From the NCBI GenBank assembly GCA_041736175.1, contig JBGSUI010000142.1:1-19871 (forward strand): 19,871 nucleotides of DNA, in the 5' to 3' direction. Position numbers and translations under genes: made by a program. Of this stretch, positions 10,060-16,428 are shown piece by piece. The DNA is from Oligoflexales bacterium. Its GTDB lineage: Bacteria > Bdellovibrionota_B > Oligoflexia > Oligoflexales > CAIYRB01. Positions within the stretch are counted from its first letter, which is position 1. The number at the start of each line of letters is the position of its first letter. A model generated the notes under the pieces. The model was not told the origin of the DNA. It worked only from the letters and a program-made list of their open reading frames with translations, and did no database searches.

Positions 10060-10088
10060 AGAGTAGCATACTTACTGATTGGAGACAA
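10060..10088 (-). promoter_or_regulatory. Putative sigma70 promoter for the DedA gene (possibly extending to fbaA)
   Basis: On the minus strand: TTGTCT (10088-10083), 17 bp, TACTCT (10065-10060), with an extended -10 TG. Confidence 0.55.
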
Positions 10089-10194
10089 AAACCTTTGACC
10101 CAACATTGACGAAACATTCAAGATATTATTTGTTTATCAAGTCAATCGATTTTGTTCAGTTAAGATAATGTCATTGTCCAATCTCGTCCAATCT

Positions 10195-10211
10195 TTGGTA
10201 TAAATTTTGCA
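10195..10211 (+). promoter_or_regulatory. Putative sigma54 (-24/-12) promoter
   Basis: TTGGTATAAATTTTGCA: GG (10197-10198), exactly 10 nt, GC (10209-10210), with TTGCA at -12. About 55 nt upstream of the ATG at 10268. Confidence 0.65.
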
Positions 10212-10267
10212 GGGATTAATTTGCTATTTGCAATTTAATAACTTCTCACTAATTGAAAGGGATAAGT

Positions 10268-10969
10268 ATGATGGTAGATAGAAATTATTTTTTAATGAAA
10301 AATATTATTTTGAATATGGGAACTTACGTTTGGTCGACTGTGTTTTCATGTTTAATATCAGGCTTGGTTGGATCCTCTTGCCGCTCGGTGAGTCCATCCG
10401 CACAAAAAGGCAGCCAATTAACCAACAACCAAAAAACGAGCGCTTTGCAAGAAATATCTCAAGAAAAATCAGAACAAATCCGCATCCGCCTGGAAAAATC
10501 TCAGGAAAATGTACTTGATTTAGCTCATGAACTTAAAATAGCCCTCGCGCAAGAGGGCCGAAAAAAAGCGCGATTTTCGGCGCATACAACTGAGGGCCAT
10601 GAGATAAACTTGATATTAATGGAAAACCATGGAGGTAATTTTTATGTTGAAATTCAGGAATTCCAAAATGACAAAATGGTTGGACCACCTTACATTTTTA
10701 CAAGTCCTTTGAACCAACTAAATCAAAGGCCCGCAGTTAATAAGTCTACGATACCAATGAGTACAAAAGCGATTGATCTAGGTACTTATAAGACTATCCC
10801 GGAAAGTAAAAAAGCAAATAATGCAGTTGCTTTACACCTTTTGGATTTATCTATACAAGTTTTTGATGATGTAACTGATGGAAACAACGCAAGAATTAAA
10901 TTTGCCTACATAAGCTTTGCACAAGCTTTAATCGAATATTTTACCTTAGCTAATGCCCGGCACTGCTAG
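10268..10969 (+). CDS. Hypothetical protein, probable lipoprotein
   Basis: Long AT-rich ORF. AAAGGGA precedes ATG 10268 (alternative starts TTG 10253, ATG 10295). A hydrophobic stretch ends in VGSSC followed by a Ser/Gln-rich linker. No family recognised. Confidence 0.65.
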   Translation: MMVDRNYFLMKNIILNMGTYVWSTVFSCLISGLVGSSCRSVSPSAQKGSQLTNNQKTSALQEISQEKSEQIRIRLEKSQENVLDLAHELKIALAQEGRKKARFSAHTTEGHEINLILMENHGGNFYVEIQEFQNDKMVGPPYIFTSPLNQLNQRPAVNKSTIPMSTKAIDLGTYKTIPESKKANNAVALHLLDLSIQVFDDVTDGNNARIKFAYISFAQALIEYFTLANARHC

Positions 10970-11366
10970 TTCCTTGGGTAAGAAATTAATACGCGGTTTA
11001 TTGAAGCTACTGCAAAAAGTTACCTGCATCGTTTACTCCAAAAGACCTACATCGCACCTGAAGCCCTCATTTTTAATCAATGAGGAAGGTTTAAAACTAA
11101 GCTGATTTTCGATGTCACATTTATGCTTGGTATCTAAACCAAAAGTGTTTAAGGAAATTGCACTGCATGAATGCAAGACACTTATGGATTTCCCTGATCT
11201 AACACTTCGACATTAAAAGATATTGAATTTAATGTTCGCCTCCACTGATCTTTTTCCGATCATTTTTTGTTAAATTTTTATTACAAATATTATGAGTTTC
11301 GTTTATTCTTAGATGAGTAAGTATCCATTTTTATTACACATAAAAAACATTAAAACTAAAATGATC

Positions 11367-11383
11367 TTGGGCCAGGATTTGCA
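11367..11383 (+). promoter_or_regulatory. Putative sigma54 (-24/-12) promoter
   Basis: TTGGGCCAGGATTTGCA: GG (11369-11370), 10 nt, GC (11381-11382), TTGCA. A GC-richer motif inside a very AT-rich spacer, 50 nt upstream of ATG 11434. Confidence 0.55.
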
Positions 11384-11433
11384 TGAAATAAAGTATATCC
11401 AAATTAGAAATTTTATCGAAAGGAAGCTAATCT

Positions 11434-11964
11434 ATGAAAAAGCGTCATTTAGCACTATTTCTTCCATTCATTTTTTTGGGCCTTTACCATGTAGGATGTT
11501 CAGGAAAGCAAGGTGATGACTCTCAGGGAGATTCATCGGTTGCTAGTGTTGATGGTGTTGATAGTGCAGCTAGCGTTGATAGTGCTGCTAGTGTAGATAC
11601 CGTCGCTAGTGTTGATAACGTTACTAGTGTAGATGCCGTTGCTAGTGTTGATAGTGCAGATAGAAAACCTTATTGTATGCCCGGTACAATATGTGAGCCG
11701 GGAGCCACTTTGGGACTACCAGCCTTGCAGCCAGCTGTAATAACTCAAACAAAATGTTACAACGGGCTTTCTGAAAGTTGTGATGTTACTTTTGGGGGTA
11801 GGTTTATCAATGAAAGTGGCATCACTTACGCAAGTACGGTGACAGTACAGTGTATGTACAATCAAAACCAGCTTGTGAATGCAATCGTTTTGTCCGGCTC
11901 CCCAGAACTTTTGTGGCAATGTCCAGCTAGCAGATCTGGTCTTCAAGGCCAGGCACGGTATTAA
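11434..11964 (+). CDS. Hypothetical lipoprotein with hexapeptide repeats and a Cys-rich C-terminal domain
   Basis: SD AAGGA. Signal MKKRH + hydrophobic core + VGC lipobox. VDxxAS repeats, then six Cys residues in the C-terminal ~95 aa. Confidence 0.8.
   Translation: MKKRHLALFLPFIFLGLYHVGCSGKQGDDSQGDSSVASVDGVDSAASVDSAASVDTVASVDNVTSVDAVASVDSADRKPYCMPGTICEPGATLGLPALQPAVITQTKCYNGLSESCDVTFGGRFINESGITYASTVTVQCMYNQNQLVNAIVLSGSPELLWQCPASRSGLQGQARY
11542..11661 (+). repeat. Imperfect 18-bp in-frame tandem repeat (VDSAAS, VDSAAS, VDTVAS, VDNVTS, VDAVAS, VDSAD)
   Basis: Units of consensus GTWGATnnnGynRCTAGY start at 11557, 11575, 11593, 11611, 11629 and 11647 (last one partial), preceded by a partial unit from 11542. 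Confidence 0.9.
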
Positions 11965-12073
11965 AGATCTAGAGATTGAGAAAGGCCCTTGATAAACCTG
12001 TCGGAATGCCCTAAAGACCCCTTAGAGATCGTGTCGGGTAAGCGGTTACAGTCCCAGATGCGGGGTTTTTAGG

Positions 12074-12850
12074 ATGAAATTTCCGGACCATTACAGCCTT
12101 TCAGACTCTTTTCGGCTCACTTTGGACCTGTGGACCAAGGCTGCCAGCAGGGTTGCCAAGGCTCCAACGACCCCTAAGGTTCATGATTTAAGGCGGATCA
12201 CCCGAAGGCTTAGGACCTATCTTTGGGTGGTGCCCCGCTCTCAAAGAACTAAACCTATTTTGAAATGTATCTCGGCCCTTCGAGAACTAAGTCAAGACTT
12301 GGGTGATTGTAGGGTTTTACAAGTGGCACTGCGGGACGCAAAGCGGTTTAATTTTCCGCCTCAAGTCCTAAAGCGCATCGTAAGATCTCTAGACCAAGAA
12401 CTCGCCACAACCCGTCTCACACTGACCGAATCACTAAAGGAGGACCGACGGGCAGTCCTTGTGGACCTGCTCGGGCAGGCTTGCCGTGACCTGGAGCAGA
12501 TCTCTCAAGAAGCGGTTTTTCCGAAGCTGCAAAAAGCTTTGGACAAGGTTGCTGCATTCGCCGGAGATTTGCCTAAAAAAACCGCAAAAAGGCACGAAGT
12601 GCGACTCTTGATCAAGAAGATCAACATCTTCCTAAAAGACTTTGAAACCCCCGACCAAAATCTAGTCGAGCTGCAAAAAACCCTAGGCCGGTGGCACGAT
12701 CTGGTGAGTCTCGAATCCCTCGTCCCCCATCGGGAGACCCAGGGACTTCTTAAGGGTACCGAGGGCCTTAAGGCCCAGCGGAAGGCCCTCTGGAAAAAAG
12801 TGTCGACTGATTTTCAAAAACTTACAAAGAGTCCATCTGGACATCCCTAA
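12074..12850 (+). CDS. CHAD domain-containing protein (polyphosphate-binding family)
   Basis: Motifs VHDLRRITRRLR, LSQDLGDCR, HEVRLLIKK, LQKTLGRWHD. Strongly basic and helical. Confidence 0.85.
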   Translation: MKFPDHYSLSDSFRLTLDLWTKAASRVAKAPTTPKVHDLRRITRRLRTYLWVVPRSQRTKPILKCISALRELSQDLGDCRVLQVALRDAKRFNFPPQVLKRIVRSLDQELATTRLTLTESLKEDRRAVLVDLLGQACRDLEQISQEAVFPKLQKALDKVAAFAGDLPKKTAKRHEVRLLIKKINIFLKDFETPDQNLVELQKTLGRWHDLVSLESLVPHRETQGLLKGTEGLKAQRKALWKKVSTDFQKLTKSPSGHP

Positions 12851-14136
12851 AGACCAAGAGCTTTCGCCACCGAAGCAACGGTCGGCTCGATTTCCACCGC
12901 CCCTAGGGGGAGTTCGTGGGAGTTTCCGTGGGAGTTTCCATGGGGATTTTGGTATTGGCCCATCAAGGTGTCGGTGTCTTTTAGGATATGCCCTGTCAGG
13001 GTACAAACCACCCGCGCGTTTTTGGGAATGACCCCTTCCCGTCGCAGTTTGCGCAGGCCTGCCAAAGAGGCGGCACTGGCGGGCTCGCAGCCTAGTCCCG
13101 AGAGGTCGATCTGGCGCTTGGCCTCAAGGATCTCCCCGTCCGTGACCGATGTGACGACTCCGCGGGTCTTAAGGATACAGTCCCTCGCCTTGGTCCAATT
13201 CACCGGGTTTCCAATACGGATTGCCGACGCTACGGTGTCTGCCGTAACAGGTTCCAGACTTGCAAACTGTTTAAGATAGCTTCCATAAAATGGGCTGGCC
13301 CCCGATGCTTGGATGGAGGCGATTTTGGGGGGATTTTGGATCCATCCGGCGAGTAAAGCTTCCTGGATAGCCTTGCCAAAGGCCGAGGTGTTTCCGAGAT
13401 TTCCTGCAGGTAAAACCAGCCAGTCAGGAGCATTCCACCTGAGCTGTTCGAGAATTTCCCAGACGATGGTCTTTTGGCCTTCGATCCGAAAGGGGTTTAG
13501 AGAGTTGACCATATAGAGCTGGAGCTGGGTGGCGGTTTTTTGGACCAACTCCATAGCCTTATCAAAATCCCCGCGGATCGACAGAATCTTAGACCCATAG
13601 CCGACGGCTTGGGCCAGTTTGCCCATGGAGATTTTACCTTGGGGGATAAAAACCACCCCTTGGATCTTGGCTTGGGAGGCATAGGCTGCCAGGGAGGCGC
13701 TGGTGTTGCCCGTGGAGGCGCAGGCGACAAATTTTTTGCCCAAATATTTAGCCATGGAAACGGCGACGGTCATCCCCCGATCCTTAAAGCTTCCTGTGGG
13801 ATTTTCTCCTTCGTGTTTAAACCAAACTTCGTCCGTTTCAGCCCACTGGCTTAACTCGCTGCGTTGGTAGAGATGGGTTCCCCCTTCCGGGTGGGTCACA
13901 ATGGAAGGCAGGGGAAGGTCCAACACTCCTTCGCGAAACCGCCAGACCCCGCTGATATCTTCTTGGGCATGGGAGAGACGACGAGCTTCGATCAGAGGCC
14001 GAGAGATTTTCAGCCACTGGGTCGGCGATCTTTGGACTTCGACCAATCCACCACAGCTACAGTGATACAAAACTTCGGTCAGGGGGTAGGTTTTTCGACA
14101 GGAGATACACTGAAGCCATTCTAAAGGTTCGCTCAT
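12847..14136 (-). CDS. thrC: Threonine synthase
   Basis: PLP motif KHEGENPTGSFKDRG, plus CASTGNTSAS, NSLNPFRIEGQKT, GNLGN, EPASA, LTGH. N-terminal CxxC...CxC. ATGA overlap with thrB. Confidence 0.95.
   Translation of the reverse strand: MSEPLEWLQCISCRKTYPLTEVLYHCSCGGLVEVQRSPTQWLKISRPLIEARRLSHAQEDISGVWRFREGVLDLPLPSIVTHPEGGTHLYQRSELSQWAETDEVWFKHEGENPTGSFKDRGMTVAVSMAKYLGKKFVACASTGNTSASLAAYASQAKIQGVVFIPQGKISMGKLAQAVGYGSKILSIRGDFDKAMELVQKTATQLQLYMVNSLNPFRIEGQKTIVWEILEQLRWNAPDWLVLPAGNLGNTSAFGKAIQEALLAGWIQNPPKIASIQASGASPFYGSYLKQFASLEPVTADTVASAIRIGNPVNWTKARDCILKTRGVVTSVTDGEILEAKRQIDLSGLGCEPASAASLAGLRKLRREGVIPKNARVVCTLTGHILKDTDTLMGQYQNPHGNSHGNSHELPLGAVEIEPTVASVAKALGL
12915..12948. repeat. 12-bp tandem duplication inside the 3' end of thrC
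   Basis: CGTGGGAGTTTC twice (12915-12938) plus a degenerate third copy. Encodes NPHG-NSHG-NSHE. Confidence 0.8.
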
Positions 14137-15056
14137 ACCCGCCGTGCTCCTTCGTTGGCGATTTTTCCCACCCGGTAAGTGGATGGAATGGGGCTAAGGG
14201 CCTTGACCATCTCTTTCCCGACTCTCTCTGAGCTTACCTGGTCCGAGCATAACGCAAAAATACTGGGACCGGCACCACTGATCGAGCAGCCGATGGCTCC
14301 TTCGGCGAGGGCAACTTTTTTAGCCTCCGAAAAACCATTAATCATCGGGGCCCGCCGGGGTTCAGCATAAATATCGATCAGAGTTTCTTTGGCGAGGGCA
14401 TAGTTTCCGCTGGTCAATGCAGCCACAAGACCCGCCGTGTGGGCCATCTGCTGCACAAAATCCTGTTGGGAGACAAGCATGGGAAGAACATGGCGGGCTT
14501 TTTTAGTAGAAAGCTGAATCTCGGGAGACACAATCGTCATCCACCATTCGCCCTTAAGGCTAAGGCGTGTGACCCGAGGGGGGTCGATCTGGTAGACCAA
14601 GGTGACGCCACCCAAGAGACAGGGAGCAATATTGTCAAGATGCTTGCCTGAGACCGACTCCTCGCCGTCGAGAGCAGCGGATAGAATCTGTTCTTGAGTG
14701 AGGTCTTTTTGGGCGGCATACATGGCCGCGAGGGCTCCACCAACACTGGCTGCGGCACTGGAACCGAGGCCCCCAGCTACGGGGAGTTCCCGCTGGATTT
14801 TAACTTTGACCCGGCGGGTATCCCGGAGTTTGTTAAGGGCGCTTAAGGCGGCGACCACCGTGCAGTTGGACTTAGGGTCTCGGGGGATTAAAGCGGCATC
14901 CCGTCCTGTGACGGAGACCACCTCGTCGTAATTTTGATCTGTAAGGGAGACGGTGATGATATCGCCTGGACCCTCGAGTGCTGCGCCTAATACATCAAAG
15001 CCCGGTCCCAAATTGCCCACGGTGGCTGGAACAAACACACTAGCCTCAGCGATCAC
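14133..15056 (-). CDS. thrB: Homoserine kinase (GHMP family)
   Basis: Motifs PATVGNLGPGFDVLG, PVAGGLGSSAA, HLDNIAP, ISGAGPS. The true start is most likely GTG at 15056 (SD GGGAGG just upstream), not the track's 15143. Confidence 0.93.
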   Translation of the reverse strand: MIAEASVFVPATVGNLGPGFDVLGAALEGPGDIITVSLTDQNYDEVVSVTGRDAALIPRDPKSNCTVVAALSALNKLRDTRRVKVKIQRELPVAGGLGSSAAASVGGALAAMYAAQKDLTQEQILSAALDGEESVSGKHLDNIAPCLLGGVTLVYQIDPPRVTRLSLKGEWWMTIVSPEIQLSTKKARHVLPMLVSQQDFVQQMAHTAGLVAALTSGNYALAKETLIDIYAEPRRAPMINGFSEAKKVALAEGAIGCSISGAGPSIFALCSDQVSSERVGKEMVKALSPIPSTYRVGKIANEGARRV

Positions 15057-15095
15057 AATAAACCTCCCTTGAGCTTCCCTGTTGTGGAACGAGAC

Positions 15096-15122
15096 ATCAT
15101 AGCAGGGGAATTGTTGGATCAA
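15096..15122 (-). promoter_or_regulatory. Putative extended -10 promoter for thrBC
   Basis: Minus-strand TGCTATGAT (15104-15096), about 40 nt upstream of the thrB GTG. TTGATC lies 15 nt upstream of the -10 (suboptimal spacing). Confidence 0.55.
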
Positions 15123-15298
15123 AAGGCCCAATAAAGCCTCCATCCCGAGGGGCTACAGCGAGACTAAAAGCGAGCTGTCGGGTCTCTACGCAATCGAGGC
15201 AGCCCTATTTGTCCTAGGGACCTTTAGTTTGGTATGATTTAAGCTTACCTGCGCACTCTTCTGGCGCATCGTTGGGGACCTCTTAGCGGAGAGCTATT

Positions 15299-16423
15299 GT
15301 GGCGGTTTTAACTCTAAGATCTATGGGCTTCCTTGCCCTTTTAAATATCGTGAGTGTCCCGGGCTGTTTGACGCCGAAACATGAGTCCTCCCAGGTCTCA
15401 GAGCCACTTCACCAACCGCGCGTAGACACTAAGACAGATTTCTGTGAGGTCAGGGGATCAGAGCCTCGGTTGGATGATCCAGGATTTTGGAATGGGGTTA
15501 TGGTCCAAAATGCCCTAGAGAACTTAATCAGCGACTTAAAACTTGCTGGGACCCCTTGGTATGGATATCCCGTTGCTTATAAAAAGATGACAGCACGCCG
15601 TGATGAAGCTCGTTGCAGGGGGGTGTTAAAGTCTGATGTCAAAGGGATGGCACTGATCAATCACCAATTAGCCGATAATATGACTCGCTGGTTTATCACC
15701 ATCACCAAGCTCTGTGTGGCCACTCAGGAATATCTGGTTGCTCAAACAGGGGTCTGCGGTCGCATGAACGCTGCCTATCGAAGCAACGCAACCCCCCTTG
15801 AGTCAGCAATGGCCATGACGGCCGTTTATATCAGCTCCCACTTGGCAGAATCTCTAGCCGCAGTCATTCTCGATGATGAGTTCTGGAGTCAATACCCTGT
15901 TCTAGCCACCCAAATGCCTTCCGGAACTCTCGATAAAACCCAAAGAAAACAAGTGCTAGGCTACCGCATAAGGGAAATCAAGCTTTATAAAACTCTGTTC
16001 GACAAATTTAATGGGTTACTCGGAGGGAGTATTCCCCTCGTGGCAGACGCCCTTAGAGAAAAAAATCTACTCAAAGGACCGCTTGCTACGATCGAGCTGC
16101 TTTTCGCCCAACTGCTCCCGTGCAAAAGTTTGCTCTTTGGAAAGATTAGGGACCAAGCCTTCGAGGTGGCCCAACTCTTAGCCCTTGATCCAAATCAAGG
16201 ATTTAACCCGATGATGGAGCTTCGAGACCAAAGGTATGTCTTAAACTACGGTCACTACGTTTTCGAACGGCAGCCTTCTCGTGCTCTTTTGAACCTCGAA
16301 CAATCTGCCCTCGATGCCGTGGCCAACCCCTTAGCGATGGGAATCTACCGCCTCATGGGACGGGGAGAATCTCCTAGCCAGGAGCAAATGAAAGGATTCT
16401 TAGGTGATCGCTGCGGAATTTAA
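15299..16423 (+). CDS. Hypothetical lipoprotein, possibly DUF5995-like helical domain
   Basis: SD GGAGA + GTG. Hydrophobic segment ending in VPGC. 'YPVAYKKMT' and 'AMTAVYISSHLAESL' loosely resemble the Y..MT and NAHIN.DL..AL motifs of DUF5995 (from memory, unverified). Confidence 0.7.
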   Translation: MAVLTLRSMGFLALLNIVSVPGCLTPKHESSQVSEPLHQPRVDTKTDFCEVRGSEPRLDDPGFWNGVMVQNALENLISDLKLAGTPWYGYPVAYKKMTARRDEARCRGVLKSDVKGMALINHQLADNMTRWFITITKLCVATQEYLVAQTGVCGRMNAAYRSNATPLESAMAMTAVYISSHLAESLAAVILDDEFWSQYPVLATQMPSGTLDKTQRKQVLGYRIREIKLYKTLFDKFNGLLGGSIPLVADALREKNLLKGPLATIELLFAQLLPCKSLLFGKIRDQAFEVAQLLALDPNQGFNPMMELRDQRYVLNYGHYVFERQPSRALLNLEQSALDAVANPLAMGIYRLMGRGESPSQEQMKGFLGDRCGI

Positions 16424-16428
16424 TAAGC

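Noticed and set aside
11066..11085. Hairpin CCTCATT/AATGAGG downstream of the first lipoprotein gene as a terminator
   Set aside because: Weak AT-rich stem with no U-tract.
11313..11516. 67-aa ORF overlapping the repeat lipoprotein start
   Set aside because: No SD, it overlaps a better gene and its promoter, and it looks like a chance ORF in AT-rich DNA.
11542..11661. Tandem repeat as a CRISPR array, flavinylation motifs or RiPP cores
   Set aside because: The units are contiguous, in frame and have no spacers. They lack the Dxx[ST]GA[ST] flavinylation motif, and no cas, apbE or RiPP maturation genes are nearby.
15057..15143. 29-aa N-terminal extension of ThrB in the ORF track
   Set aside because: A strong SD precedes GTG 15056, homology begins there, and a promoter lies inside the extension.
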